DNA from: an uncultured Pseudomonadota bacterium
Lineage (GTDB): Bacteria > UBA10199 > GCA-002796325 > 1-14-0-20-49-13
Direction: 5' to 3'
DNA length: 33,845 nt
NCBI GenBank assembly: GCA_964647545.1
Contig: CAZYHS010000021.1
Location: 1,397 to 35,241, forward strand
The notes under the pieces were generated by a model. It was not told the DNA's origin. It saw only the letters and a program-made list of their open reading frames with translations, and made no database searches. A program made the translations under genes and the position numbers. Shown here piece by piece: positions 17,148 through 27,540 of this stretch. Numbering within the stretch: the stretch's first letter is position 1; each line of letters opens with the position of its first letter.

Positions 17148-19340
17148 TCAACCTAAAGGAATCTTCAGCGTAAAGACCGACCCTTTGCCGACCTCTGAAT
17201 TTACCGACACCGATCCTCCGAAAGTTTCGACTATCTTTTTTACGTATGCCAGACCAAGCCCGACACCTTCTACGTTTCCGGTGTAATATTTTTCTATCTG
17301 ATAGAATTTGTCGAAAATCCTGTCCAGAAATTCCGGCGGAATGCCGATGCCGTTGTCCGCGATGGAAATGACCGCGTTTGCTCCGGCGTGCTTGCAATCT
17401 ATTACGACCTTTGCCTGCCCGCTCATGTTGAATTTAAGAGCGTTGTCTATTAAATGTTTAACGATCATCGAAAGGTACTTCTGATTGAAATTAAGTTTTG
17501 TCAGATCATCGGCGACTCTAATTTCTATCACGGGATTTTTTTCTGAAAACCACGACCGGCACTCCTCCGCGGCCTGATTTATAACCCCCTTAAGATCGAT
17601 CTCCTCCCTGCTGGTGTCGAGATGTTCTTCATCGAGTGAAACAAAACTCACAAGACTCCCTATAAGATTGTTGAGCTTAGCAGTTTGATCCACCATTGAA
17701 GTAACAAGCTTAGACTGCTTTTCTTCAAGGTTTCCCGCCAGCCCGTCCTTGAGTATCATGAGCTTGCCCTGCAGCACAGTAAGCGGAGTGAAAAGTTTAT
17801 GACTCATCAACGAAAGAAAATCACGTTTTGAACGTTCTTCGGTCTCAAGCTCGGTGATGTTTCTCACCGAGAGAACGTGTTCACGCACGCCCCCCTCGTC
17901 GTCTCGTATCACGCGGGCCGAACATTCAAGATGGAGAGCCCCAAGCTCGGAGGCGTTGCGTCTTGCGATCTTGAAGGTCGCGTCTTTATCAAGACAATCG
18001 TTTGATTGAAGGAAGGGCATCTCCCCTTCAAAATGCAGCGCCAGATGCTCTTTGAAAGAGCCCTTCGCGGGGAGCATAAGATATTTTTCGGCCGACCTGT
18101 TGAACTCAACTACGTTGCAATTTACATCTAAAATCACAAGTCCGTCTGACATCTGCGAAAATGCGATGGCGAACATCTCCTTGTCGTCTTTAAGCTGTTT
18201 GAGCGAACCGGACAATGAGGCCCTCATTTTTTCAAATGTTCCGGCAAGCAATCCGACCTCGCCGCCGGTCTTTTTAACTTTGATCTGTGAACCGAGATCT
18301 CCCGAGGCGATTCTCTGCGCCGCCAGCGCGAGCGAGGTAATGGGCCCGCTTATTCGCGATGAAATTATAAATATCAGGACGAAAAGAAATATCAGACCTC
18401 CCATGCCGATCAAAATATTGTTGCGGTGCAGCGTTCTCATGTCGGCGAGCAGCTCGTCCTCGGGAAGCACAATGGCAAGAGACCAGCCGGTTGCCGGCAC
18501 GGGGCCGTAAACGAACCACGATTGCTTCCCGATCAGAGGGTTCATTATCGACACCAGCCCGTTTTTGCCGTCTATCATCTCTTTTCCAAGCGAATCCAAA
18601 AGAGGCGAATTCATCTCTCTTGCAATGTCGAAAATGGAACGCTTCAACTCGGAATCGGGGCGCTTCATCGAAAGAAACGTGCCGTTTTGATCGATAAGAA
18701 ACGCCAAACCGCCGCCGCCCGAAATAATGCCGTCAACTATCTTTGTCAAACGCCCGAGCGAAACGTCGATGGTAGAAACGCCCCACAATTCGCCGTCCTT
18801 GTAGAACGGATAGGCGTAAGTCACCATCGCAACGTCCCCGCCCCCCTTATCGATGTAAGGATGTGTCCAGTAAGGTCTTCCTGTCGAAGCCGGTATCCTG
18901 AACCAATCCCACTTTGGATAATTATATGATTCGGCGGCCAAATCGACAAATCCGACACCTGTTCCGTCCTTGAGCCTATGATAATAAGGAGCGAACAGCT
19001 CGCCGCCGTCGCCGAATTTTCCGGGGGCAAACGCCGCCGTCGAACCGTAAATGTCGGGGCTGGAATTGACGATGCTTTGAACTAGCGAATTGACTTCTCC
19101 GCGGGTCAGCCCAACCGATAGCCCCTGCATGGCAAGCGCTTCGTAAGTTGCGGCCTGAGTGACGTCTTCAAGTTTTGTGTTTAGCTGCAGCCGATATTTG
19201 TCCAGCATGAACGACGCCCGAGTTTCGATCTCTCTGACCAAAACCTTATGGCTCGTAGTGTAGCTCAAATAGATCATGCATGCGGTAATAACGAAAACGG
19301 TCGAAAGGATCAAAAGCAGCAGTTTATTGCGGATCTTCAT
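17148..19340 (-). CDS. Membrane sensor histidine kinase with a periplasmic double-Cache domain, HAMP, PAS, HisKA and HATPase
   Basis: TM1 (res 7-27), a ~270-aa periplasmic Cache-like region, TM2, HAMP, H-box LMSHKLFTPLTVLQG, and the G-boxes DNGIGIP and GVGLGLAY. GGGGGA RBS. Confidence 0.85.
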   Translation of the reverse strand: MKIRNKLLLLILSTVFVITACMIYLSYTTSHKVLVREIETRASFMLDKYRLQLNTKLEDVTQAATYEALAMQGLSVGLTRGEVNSLVQSIVNSSPDIYGSTAAFAPGKFGDGGELFAPYYHRLKDGTGVGFVDLAAESYNYPKWDWFRIPASTGRPYWTHPYIDKGGGDVAMVTYAYPFYKDGELWGVSTIDVSLGRLTKIVDGIISGGGGLAFLIDQNGTFLSMKRPDSELKRSIFDIAREMNSPLLDSLGKEMIDGKNGLVSIMNPLIGKQSWFVYGPVPATGWSLAIVLPEDELLADMRTLHRNNILIGMGGLIFLFVLIFIISSRISGPITSLALAAQRIASGDLGSQIKVKKTGGEVGLLAGTFEKMRASLSGSLKQLKDDKEMFAIAFSQMSDGLVILDVNCNVVEFNRSAEKYLMLPAKGSFKEHLALHFEGEMPFLQSNDCLDKDATFKIARRNASELGALHLECSARVIRDDEGGVREHVLSVRNITELETEERSKRDFLSLMSHKLFTPLTVLQGKLMILKDGLAGNLEEKQSKLVTSMVDQTAKLNNLIGSLVSFVSLDEEHLDTSREEIDLKGVINQAAEECRSWFSEKNPVIEIRVADDLTKLNFNQKYLSMIVKHLIDNALKFNMSGQAKVVIDCKHAGANAVISIADNGIGIPPEFLDRIFDKFYQIEKYYTGNVEGVGLGLAYVKKIVETFGGSVSVNSEVGKGSVFTLKIPLG

Positions 19341-19371
19341 TCATCCCCCGTTAAATGAACTCCATGGAAAT

Positions 19372-21333
19372 TTATTCGTACCTTAATGCTTCGACCGGGT
19401 CAAGCTCCGCGGCAGTGCGGGCCGGCCACATTCCGAAAATAAGCCCGACTGCAATTGAAAAGAACGTCGCAAGAAGAATAGAAAATAAAGATATCTTCAC
19501 GGCCCAACCGGCGGCAATTGAAAGGACCGCCGCCCCCGCCACTCCGACAACGACACCAATCACTCCGCCCGAAAATGTAAGGACCACCGATTCTATCAGA
19601 AACTGGGTCATAACGTCGATGTATCTAGCTCCGACAGCTTTTCTCAATCCTATTTCACGCGTCCTCTCGGTGACCGACACGAGCATGATATTCATGATCC
19701 CCATACCGCCTACGACGAGCGAAATTGCAGCGATAAATCCCAGCAGAAGCGTCATTGTCCTTGTCGTGCTTTCAAGCGTGCTCTGCAGATCGGCCATATT
19801 TCTTATCTGAAATGTCTTTTCGGAATCGGGGGGAAGACGTCGGCGCTTTTTTATAAGAGCCGATATTTCATCTTCGGCGGCGCTCATGAGCGCGGCATCT
19901 TTGACCTCGACGTCTATCGTATCGACATAATCGCGACCGAGCACCCGATACATCGCGGTGGTCACCGGAATAAGAACGATGTCATCTTCGTCTCTCATCA
20001 TCGAAGCCCCCTTGGCCGGCAGCACTCCGATAACCTGAAAGTTCGAACGATTTATTTTGATCCAATTGCCGATAGGATTGGCATCTCCAAAAAGCTCCCT
20101 TACGACCGTCGCGCCTATCACAGCGACACGCTTTCTGATTCTGGCTTCTTCTTCGGTAAAAAATCTGCCGGCCACCGGAACTGACGCCCGCATCTCGGCG
20201 TATGAGGTCCCGACTCCTTGAACCTGAGAATTCCAGTTTTTATTTTCAAAGACGAGCTGCCCTCTCCCCCTGACCGAAGGAGAGACCCGTCGTACGGCAA
20301 AAAGTTTCGCCATTTCGTCGGCATCGTCCATTGTAAATCTTGTGACCGAACCCGACTCCAAAGCCACGCCGTGCAAACGCTGCGAGCCGGGCATCACCAT
20401 AAGAAGATTGGAGCCCAAAGACGCGAGCCTGTCACGCACCGACTCTCTAGCCCCCTGCCCAAGAGCAAGCATCGCAATGACCGCAGCCACGCCTATCAAT
20501 ATTCCGAGAATGGATAGAGCCGAACGAAGTTTGTGGGACGAAATAGCCCAAAACGCCTGTTTGACGTGGTCCAAAAATTCGGCCTCTTTCATCCCCGACC
20601 TAGCCTGTGAAATAACCCGTTCGGCCGAAACATTGTCGGCATCTTTTCCGGCCTCTCCGACGGGCGCAAAACGCTCATCCGAAACTATTTTTCCGTCGCG
20701 CATGCGGATAATTCTTTTCGCATGTCTTGCAACGTCATCTTCGTGGGTGACCATAACTATGGTCTTCCCCTCGCCGTTGAGTTTTTTCAAAAGAGCGATT
20801 ATTTCGTTTTGATTTTTTGAATCGAGGTTGCCGGTCGGCTCGTCGGCAAGAATCAACACCGGATCGTTCACAAGAGATCTTGCGATGGCGATACGCTGCT
20901 GCTCACCGCCGGAAAGCTCGTTGGGCCTATGCCGAGCCCTATTTGAAAGACCGACGCGGGCAAGCATCTCCTGAGCTCTTTCTTTAAGATGTTTGCGTCC
21001 TGAATAGATAAGCGGCAGCTCGATGTTGTCAAGGGCTGTGACCTTCGGAAGCAAATGAAACTGCTGAAAGATAAAACCGATCAACCCGTTTCGCAAGACC
21101 GCCAGCTTTTCGTCGGGAAGCCCAGTTACGCTCCCTTTGCCGAGCAGATACTCTCCGCTGTCGGGTCGGTCAAGCAAGCCGATAATGTGCATGAGAGTCG
21201 ATTTACCGGAGCCCGACGGCCCCATAATGGCCACGAAATCGCCGGCATCGACCTTGAGCGACACGCCGTCCAAAGCCTTCACCGAAGCGGTGCCGACGCC
21301 ATGGATCTTTTTTATGTCGGTAAGACTGATCAT
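19372..21333 (-). CDS. macB: MacB-type ABC transporter (fused N-terminal ATPase plus FtsX-like permease)
   Basis: Walker [18 protein letters not shown], and a C-terminal 4-TM FtsX permease with a large periplasmic domain. Start taken as the ATG at 21333 (MISLTDIKK...). The ORF-track GTG at 21393 lies inside the upstream gene. Confidence 0.9.
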   Translation of the reverse strand: MISLTDIKKIHGVGTASVKALDGVSLKVDAGDFVAIMGPSGSGKSTLMHIIGLLDRPDSGEYLLGKGSVTGLPDEKLAVLRNGLIGFIFQQFHLLPKVTALDNIELPLIYSGRKHLKERAQEMLARVGLSNRARHRPNELSGGEQQRIAIARSLVNDPVLILADEPTGNLDSKNQNEIIALLKKLNGEGKTIVMVTHEDDVARHAKRIIRMRDGKIVSDERFAPVGEAGKDADNVSAERVISQARSGMKEAEFLDHVKQAFWAISSHKLRSALSILGILIGVAAVIAMLALGQGARESVRDRLASLGSNLLMVMPGSQRLHGVALESGSVTRFTMDDADEMAKLFAVRRVSPSVRGRGQLVFENKNWNSQVQGVGTSYAEMRASVPVAGRFFTEEEARIRKRVAVIGATVVRELFGDANPIGNWIKINRSNFQVIGVLPAKGASMMRDEDDIVLIPVTTAMYRVLGRDYVDTIDVEVKDAALMSAAEDEISALIKKRRRLPPDSEKTFQIRNMADLQSTLESTTRTMTLLLGFIAAISLVVGGMGIMNIMLVSVTERTREIGLRKAVGARYIDVMTQFLIESVVLTFSGGVIGVVVGVAGAAVLSIAAGWAVKISLFSILLATFFSIAVGLIFGMWPARTAAELDPVEALRYE

Positions 21334-21334
21334 T

Positions 21335-22303
21335 TTATCTGGAACGCGGGCCCGTCGGCAGAAATGGATTTGACCCGTTCTTTTTTGTTTCACGCTGATA
21401 TTTTTGGACCGTCATTATGACCTTGTCTCCCTCCGAAAGCCCCGACAAAATCTCGCAGTTTCTCTCGTCGCAAAGCCCGCTTGTCACGGCGCGTCTTGCG
21501 GGTTCTTTACCCAGCCCGCGGCTTAGCTCCACGAACTCGCCTTCACTATCGCGTTTGACGGCGTCGATAGGAAGCGTCAAAACGTTCTCTCTGCTATTTT
21601 CGACGATCTCGATAGTTGCGCTCATGCCCGATCTGAAAACCTCTGGGACGGAATCGGGGGCGATGTAAACCTCGTAGGTTGTGACGTTATTTACGACCTT
21701 TGACTCGTAGGAGACATGTTCGACCACACCGGCAACATCGACCTCGGGGTATGCGTCAAGTCCCACTTTTGCTCTTTGTCCAATTCTTACCCTGCCGATG
21801 TCCGTCTCATCGACCTGAGCTTTAACGATAAGATGGTCTGAAATAACTATCACCGCCTCGTTCACCGTTACCGTCTGCCCCGGCTGATCGGTGCTGACGA
21901 TAACCTCACCGTTGATAGGCGCGATAAGCGGCGTCGGTTTGTAAGCGTCGCTCCAGTACTCCCACTCGTCTTTTCCCTTTGAACGGGCGGCGTCCAAAAT
22001 GGCCGCACGTTCTGTCGAGCTCATCCAAGCAACGATCTGACCTTCTTTAACGTAGTCGCCCTCTCTCACCAGAATTCGTTCGATCCGGCCCGCAACCGGA
22101 GGTTTCACTTCCAAGCGATTTTCGGGTTCAACGGCACCTGTGGCCGTCACCGATATTTTTATATGGCCTGCCGCCGGAGAAACCTCCATGAGGTTTCCGT
22201 CGGTCGAATCCCCGCCAAAAAGAAATAACGCCGCGACAACAATGCCCGCAAATATAATTAAGCCCGTCAACGCGAAGATTTTTTTATTTTTTATCGCTGT
22301 CAT
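21335..22303 (-). CDS. macA: Periplasmic adaptor/membrane-fusion protein (HlyD/MacA family)
   Basis: N-terminal TM anchor, a biotinyl-lipoyl-like beta-barrel with alpha-hairpin segments. Start at the ATG at 22303 with AAAGGGGGGA upstream. Its stop is 1 nt from the macB start. Confidence 0.8.
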   Translation of the reverse strand: MTAIKNKKIFALTGLIIFAGIVVAALFLFGGDSTDGNLMEVSPAAGHIKISVTATGAVEPENRLEVKPPVAGRIERILVREGDYVKEGQIVAWMSSTERAAILDAARSKGKDEWEYWSDAYKPTPLIAPINGEVIVSTDQPGQTVTVNEAVIVISDHLIVKAQVDETDIGRVRIGQRAKVGLDAYPEVDVAGVVEHVSYESKVVNNVTTYEVYIAPDSVPEVFRSGMSATIEIVENSRENVLTLPIDAVKRDSEGEFVELSRGLGKEPARRAVTSGLCDERNCEILSGLSEGDKVIMTVQKYQRETKKNGSNPFLPTGPRSR

Positions 22304-23618
22304 ATTCAAGCGTCCCCCCTTTTGCCTGAACCCACGCGGCCTCAGCCTCAAGAGCCGCGATCTGCGAGTTTATGTAGGCGGTCTTTGCGTTGACCAGATT
22401 ATCTTCGATGATGATCCAGTTGTCGAAAAGTATAAGACCGTTGGAATATTGCGCGTCGGCAATTTTGGCGCGCGTTTGTGTGGCTTCAAGATATTGCCGC
22501 TGCACGTTGACGTTCTGAATGGCGTCTTTAAGGCGCGACCAAGTATCTGTCAGATTGACAATGATTTCGTCCTTACCGCTTCTTTCGACCGCCTTAGCCT
22601 GCTCAAGTGCGGCGCGGGCTTTATCGACCTGTGCCTTGGTTAACCCGCCTTGAAATATCGGGACCGAAAGATCCAATCCGGCGACCCATTGAGATTTGTT
22701 TGGAGGCCAGCTTGAGTTCGCCTGACCATAGCCGGCGCTGGCCGTTACCTGCGGAAGATACGACGCCTTTGCCGCTTTCAAACTCATGTCGGCCGCTTCA
22801 CGCTGGGCTATGCGTTCCTTGAGAAACGGATTTGAATCGGCGACCTTATAAAAATCGGGTTGTCTTGAAGGGAAATCACTTACGGAAAAATTGCCGGTGG
22901 CGCGAACCGGCGAAAAAAATCTCCGTCCCATGGCTTTGACAAGTTTTTGCTGAGCACGGAGCAGACTGCTGTTTGCGACCTCAAACTGCAATTGAGCCTT
23001 TGCGACGTCGGCTTCGGCGGTCATGAGAGAACCTTTATGTTCGCGTCCGCCTTGATATCTCAACCTCACCAGACCGAGATTATATTTTCTTCGCTTAATG
23101 ATATCTTCGGTGACCTTTACCGACTCCTGCGCGCCGAGCAATTCGGCGTATGCGTTGCGCAGCGCCAATCTGACGTCCGAAGAGACAACATCGAAATTAA
23201 AGCGCGCCGCGTTGACGGTTTTTTGCGCGGACGAAATATCGAACGCAGTTTTAAATCCGTCGAACAAAAGCTGGTTTCCGGTGACGCTGTAATCGTAATT
23301 ATTGGAAGTCGCCGACGTGGCAGACTTTCCGCGGGAAGCACCCGCGTTTCCGGTTATCTGCGGCAGAATTGCGCTGGTGGTTATCGCCTTTGATGCGCGG
23401 GCCTCACCAAGTTTCTGCTGGGCGGCGATAAGCTGAGGCTGGTTTTGTAACGCCTCTCTTACGCATTCTTCCCAAGTCAGAACTTCGACCGACGACAAGT
23501 TGGCAGAATCGCCACCGTTTGTCGCTTCGAAATTCGCGCTTTCGGCAGACGCAAAGCCGCAGAAAAAAAGACACAAGACAGTAACCGCTGATATGACTTT
23601 TGCTGTAAGCCTGAACAT
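22284..23618 (-). CDS. TolC-like outer-membrane efflux protein
   Basis: Signal peptide MFRLTAKVISAVTVLCLFFCGFASA, then two OEP repeats. Start taken at 23618, not 23696. It overlaps the macA start by 20 nt. Confidence 0.8.
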   Translation of the reverse strand: MFRLTAKVISAVTVLCLFFCGFASAESANFEATNGGDSANLSSVEVLTWEECVREALQNQPQLIAAQQKLGEARASKAITTSAILPQITGNAGASRGKSATSATSNNYDYSVTGNQLLFDGFKTAFDISSAQKTVNAARFNFDVVSSDVRLALRNAYAELLGAQESVKVTEDIIKRRKYNLGLVRLRYQGGREHKGSLMTAEADVAKAQLQFEVANSSLLRAQQKLVKAMGRRFFSPVRATGNFSVSDFPSRQPDFYKVADSNPFLKERIAQREAADMSLKAAKASYLPQVTASAGYGQANSSWPPNKSQWVAGLDLSVPIFQGGLTKAQVDKARAALEQAKAVERSGKDEIIVNLTDTWSRLKDAIQNVNVQRQYLEATQTRAKIADAQYSNGLILFDNWIIIEDNLVNAKTAYINSQIAALEAEAAWVQAKGGTLEYDSDKK

Positions 23619-23622
23619 AAGC

Positions 23623-24858
23623 TTAGTGACGAATCGAGGACCTCGATTTAAAACCTCTTCCGGAACGCCTGCTCCCTCTTTTTCCGATAAAACCAAAACG
23701 CGGAGCGGCCTCTCTGAAAAACTGTTCTTTAGGAAATTCGGGGTGCTCTTTAACCGGTAGTGTAGATTTCATGAGACGCTCGATGTTCTTTACGTCTCTG
23801 CCTTGGTCGGGAGTGGCAAAGGTCATCGCCTTGCCGAGCTTGCCGGCACGGCCCGTGCGGCCGATGCGATGGATGTAGTTCTCGGCGTCATCGGGTAGAT
23901 CGAAATTGATGACAAGCTCGATCCCGATAACATCGATTCCGCGAGCCGCGATATCGGTCGCGACAAGCACGCGATATTTGCCGGTCTTAAATCCCTGCAA
24001 TGCGTCCTTTCTCTGCCCAAGAGTTCTATCGGAATGTATCTCGGCGGCGGTGTGTTTCATCTCTTTAATAGCCTTCACGACTTTTTTGGCGCCGACCTTT
24101 GTGCGCGTAAAAAGAAGAACGGGGCCATGATATTGCCCAAGGACCTTTGCAAGCAGCTTGGTCTTCATCTCTTTTTTGACAATGAAGAGCTCCTGTTCGA
24201 CCCCTTCGGCCACAGTACCCTGAGGAGCCACTTCAACGCTAACCGGCAACTTCATGTAAGATCTTGCTATTCCGACAATTGTCGATGGCATCGTCGCCGA
24301 AAATAGCATGGTCTGTCTTTCTTTAGGAATTCCCTGCAAAATACGTTTGATTTGCGGTTCAAATCCCATGTCGAGCATGCGATCGGCCTCGTCTAAAACA
24401 AGGACGGCGACATCTGAAAGGTTCACCTTCTTCTGCTGCATATGATCCATGAGCCGACCCGGAGTTGCAATTATGACTCTCGGCTTTCTTTTCAGATCCT
24501 GTATTTGATGGAACATTGAAGCGCCGCCGATCAAAACCGCGGTCTTCATGCCAAACGGCTGAGCGATCTTAAGGAAGCTTTCGTTGACCTGAATCGCCAA
24601 TTCGCGGGTGGGGACAAGCACAAGGCCGCGCCCTCCGGTCTGGGCCAGCCTTTGCACCATAGGAATGGCGAAAGCGAGCGTTTTACCCGTGCCGGTCTGG
24701 GCTATGCCGATAAGGTCTTTCCCCTCAATTGCCGCAGGAATTGATTTGTGCTGAATGGGGGTAGGATTCTTGAATTTTAGTTTCTCTAACGTTTCCAAGA
24801 TCTTTGGTGCGATACTTAACCCGAAAAAGTCGGGCTTTTGCTGCTGATTGTTTGTCAT
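23623..24858 (-). CDS. DEAD-box ATP-dependent RNA helicase (RhlE-like)
   Basis: Q-motif PTPIQ, AQTGTGKT, DEAD (LVLDEADRM), SAT, HRIGRTGR, and an Arg/Gly-rich C-tail. AAGGAT RBS. Confidence 0.9.
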   Translation of the reverse strand: MTNNQQQKPDFFGLSIAPKILETLEKLKFKNPTPIQHKSIPAAIEGKDLIGIAQTGTGKTLAFAIPMVQRLAQTGGRGLVLVPTRELAIQVNESFLKIAQPFGMKTAVLIGGASMFHQIQDLKRKPRVIIATPGRLMDHMQQKKVNLSDVAVLVLDEADRMLDMGFEPQIKRILQGIPKERQTMLFSATMPSTIVGIARSYMKLPVSVEVAPQGTVAEGVEQELFIVKKEMKTKLLAKVLGQYHGPVLLFTRTKVGAKKVVKAIKEMKHTAAEIHSDRTLGQRKDALQGFKTGKYRVLVATDIAARGIDVIGIELVINFDLPDDAENYIHRIGRTGRAGKLGKAMTFATPDQGRDVKNIERLMKSTLPVKEHPEFPKEQFFREAAPRFGFIGKRGSRRSGRGFKSRSSIRH

Positions 24859-24974
24859 TAGTTTATCCTTTTTTTCATTTAGTTCCGACGAGCCTACATC
24901 AATAACCCTCTAAAGTATATTGATATTTTGGCTCATTTCGGTTAGCAAATTGCAACAAACACAGGAGAAACGTT

Positions 24975-25682
24975 ATGAAAAAAGTCATGTTCACGGCGTT
25001 GTTTATATCGGCAATGCTGCTTGTTTCGTCACTTGCCGTTGCAAAGGTCAAAATTGTCTCAAAACCGGACAAAAATTACGATTTTAAAGGAGTTAAAAAG
25101 ATCGTCGTGCTTGCCCCAACCAACAAGGATTGCGACTATGGCAAAGTCTCTCCCGACAGAAGGCCAAAGATCGACGCTATTCTGAAAACGATTAAAACAA
25201 ATCTGCAAAAACAGATGATCGAGGGTTCAAAGGCTTCAAAAACGACAATTCCGTTCGTGGCAAGAGCGCTAAAAAAAGAACCGGCCTCAACTCTCATACT
25301 TCAGTACAATTTCACAAAGTTCGATAACGGCAATGCCGTGGTCAGAGGGCTTTCCCCTGTCGGCGGAAAATCGAAGGTCGAACTTAACGTTAAAATGCTC
25401 AACGGCGCAAACAGAGAGGTCGTCGCCGAAGTTGTCGCAAAAGGTTCCGCCAAAGGTGGGATCGTAGCGGGGGGATTGGATTCGGAGGTTCTCTGGGAAG
25501 CCACAAACATTGCAAACGCCGACGTTTACAGCTTCTTGAAAAAACAGACGGGCCTTGATTACGATTTCTGGGCCGGCGTAACAAAAGGGACGAAAATGGG
25601 AGTTAAATCCTACACAGACGTCGCAAAAGAAGAAAAAGCCGAACCGGCGTTAAATCGAGGTAAGAGCCGCTATAAAAGATAA
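24975..25682 (+). CDS. Secreted or periplasmic hypothetical protein (235 aa, Lys-rich)
   Basis: AGGAGA RBS. Signal peptide MKKVMFTALFISAMLLVSSLAVA|K. No recognised domain. Confidence 0.6.
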   Translation: MKKVMFTALFISAMLLVSSLAVAKVKIVSKPDKNYDFKGVKKIVVLAPTNKDCDYGKVSPDRRPKIDAILKTIKTNLQKQMIEGSKASKTTIPFVARALKKEPASTLILQYNFTKFDNGNAVVRGLSPVGGKSKVELNVKMLNGANREVVAEVVAKGSAKGGIVAGGLDSEVLWEATNIANADVYSFLKKQTGLDYDFWAGVTKGTKMGVKSYTDVAKEEKAEPALNRGKSRYKR

Positions 25683-25704
25683 ACATCCTTTGACGGCCGG
25701 CCTA

Positions 25705-26190
25705 TCATTTAAGCCTAACCAGCTGATCCCAGCTGTGCTCTGGAGTTGAACGCGAAAGATACCAGATCTCTTTGAACCTGCATTTTGGAACTTTAAAGCC
25801 GACCTTGTATTTCATTAAAGTGTGAACATCGAAGAGCTTGGAAAAATCCCTTATCACAAGAATTAATTCGTGGTCGCAATCGTAGAATTGCCCGACGAAC
25901 GCCTTTTTCTTTAACACATAATTTACGACCTTGGCGTGGTCGGCCGTATTGATGATGCCGTGAAAATTGCTTGGGTCACGGCCTAGCATCATCATCGCCT
26001 CTTTTTTGTCGTGAAAAATATGGCAGATCTCGACGCCTAGGGTCTTTCCAGTCCCCTGATTTCTGATTTCAAAGTCGGGGCGTTCGCGCTTTCTTAAAAG
26101 CTTAAAACGCGAGCGGCGTTTCTGATTGTAGTACTGCAGAAAAAAAGAGAGAGCTTCACGTTCGATGCGTTCTTTTTCGTCCACACCCAA
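25705..26190 (-). CDS. Hypothetical 161-aa basic protein (orphan, start uncertain)
   Basis: It is the only long ORF in an otherwise unexplained 560-nt gap downstream of purA. The listed start is a TTG with no SD. The first ATGs are at residues ~66-68. No domain recognised. Confidence 0.4.
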   Translation of the reverse strand: MGVDEKERIEREALSFFLQYYNQKRRSRFKLLRKRERPDFEIRNQGTGKTLGVEICHIFHDKKEAMMMLGRDPSNFHGIINTADHAKVVNYVLKKKAFVGQFYDCDHELILVIRDFSKLFDVHTLMKYKVGFKVPKCRFKEIWYLSRSTPEHSWDQLVRLK

Positions 26191-26267
26191 AATTTAGCGC
26201 GAAAAGCCGCAGACTGTCAACTTTACTGTCAACGTTTCGGGGCTTCCTTCGAATCCTCGAAAACATC

Positions 26268-27515
26268 TTAGTTGCGAAAAGGATTTTTAATTATGATATC
26301 GCGCCCGCGCTGCGGCCCGAGAGATATCATCACGATAGGAATTTCAAGAAAATCTTCGATGAACTTCACATAGTCACGGGCATTTTCAGGCAGAGAAGCG
26401 ACGCTTTCGCAATCTGCCAGATCGCCGGTCCACCCTTTGAATTCTTTATAGATCGGCTTGCCGTTTGCATCGTAAGAGACGCACACAAAAATCTTCTCTA
26501 GGCCGCCGAGCACGTCGAGTTTGGTCAATGCGATACCGGTCAAGCCGTTTATCATTTTCGAACGACGCAAAAGCTCGAGGTCGAGCCAACCGCATCGTCG
26601 CGGTCGACCGGTTGTCGCTCCGAACTCGCCGCCGTTTTTACGCAACCATTCTCCCGTTTCATTTTCAAGCTCCGTGGGAAACGGGCCGCTGCCGACACGA
26701 GTTGTATAAGCTTTGGCGATGCCGATAACCTCTTTGATGGCGGTAGGCCCCACGCCGGAACCCGACGCAGCTCCCGCCGACACGGTCGTTGACGACGTTA
26801 CGAATGGATAGGTGCCGTGATCGATATCGAGAGCGGTCCCCTGCGCCCCTTCGAACAAAACGTTCTGCCCCGTCGTGATCGCACGGTACAAAATTTCGGT
26901 CGAATCGCAAAGATAGCGTTTGAGCTGCGCCCCAAGCGACACCAGCGGAGCGTAAACCTCTTCGAACGATTCGCCCTTGCCGCCAAGCACACGTTCGATG
27001 AAAAGATTTTTTTGCGGTAAAATCTGAAGAAGGCGTTCTTTCAAGCGCTGTTCATCGCAGATGTCGGCGAACCTGATACCGAGGCGCGCGACCTTGTCTT
27101 CGTAACACGGCCCGATGCCGCGTCCCGTCGTCCCGATTTTTCCGGCGCCCGCCTGCTCTTCGCGCAGTCTGTCGATCGTCTTATGATATTTCATGACGAT
27201 GTGGGCGTTCCCGCTTATCATGAGCTGCGAGTCGTCGTTTAGATAACCGGCCTCCTTTAAAGATGCTATTTCGGCTAGGCAGGTCTCCGGATCGATGACA
27301 ACGCCGTTACCGATAATGCAGCGCACCCCTTTGTGCAACACGCCCGACGGAAGAAGATGCAGCACGATCTTTTCTTCTCCAACAACTATCGTGTGTCCGG
27401 CATTGGCGCCCCCCTGATAACGGACGACGTAAGAGGCGTTCGGGGTCAAGACATCGACTATTTTGCCTTTTCCTTCATCGCCCCACTGGGCGCCGACTAT
27501 CGCAACTGTTGTCAT
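26268..27515 (-). CDS. purA: Adenylosuccinate synthetase
   Basis: MTTVAIVGAQWGDEGKGK P-loop, GGANAGHT, and full-length 415-aa conservation. Confidence 0.95.
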   Translation of the reverse strand: MTTVAIVGAQWGDEGKGKIVDVLTPNASYVVRYQGGANAGHTIVVGEEKIVLHLLPSGVLHKGVRCIIGNGVVIDPETCLAEIASLKEAGYLNDDSQLMISGNAHIVMKYHKTIDRLREEQAGAGKIGTTGRGIGPCYEDKVARLGIRFADICDEQRLKERLLQILPQKNLFIERVLGGKGESFEEVYAPLVSLGAQLKRYLCDSTEILYRAITTGQNVLFEGAQGTALDIDHGTYPFVTSSTTVSAGAASGSGVGPTAIKEVIGIAKAYTTRVGSGPFPTELENETGEWLRKNGGEFGATTGRPRRCGWLDLELLRRSKMINGLTGIALTKLDVLGGLEKIFVCVSYDANGKPIYKEFKGWTGDLADCESVASLPENARDYVKFIEDFLEIPIVMISLGPQRGRDIIIKNPFRN

Positions 27516-27540
27516 TTACTTAGCTCCTTGGCGCAACAAG

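Noticed and set aside
18426-18929. 167-aa and 152-aa plus-strand ORFs inside the Cache kinase
   Set aside because: They are antisense to a kinase with contiguous TM-Cache-HAMP-HisKA-HATPase architecture.
23623-23696. 74-nt overlap between the helicase and the ORF-track TolC start at 23696
   Set aside because: The N-terminal 26 residues of that ORF precede the signal peptide. Starting TolC at the ATG at 23618 (MFRLTAKVISAVTVLCLFFCGFASA) removes the overlap.
25705-26190. Possible PD-(D/E)xK nuclease motif (RPDFEI ... GVEICH) in the orphan 161-aa protein
   Set aside because: The third motif lacks the catalytic Lys (E-I-C, not E-x-K), and the spacing is only suggestive. I do not call a nuclease from the sequence alone.
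26191-26267. tRNA-like T-loop sequence TTCGAATCC
   Set aside because: Flanking bases do not form a 5-bp T-stem, and no acceptor, D or anticodon arms can be drawn. It is read instead as part of the purA 3' hairpin region.
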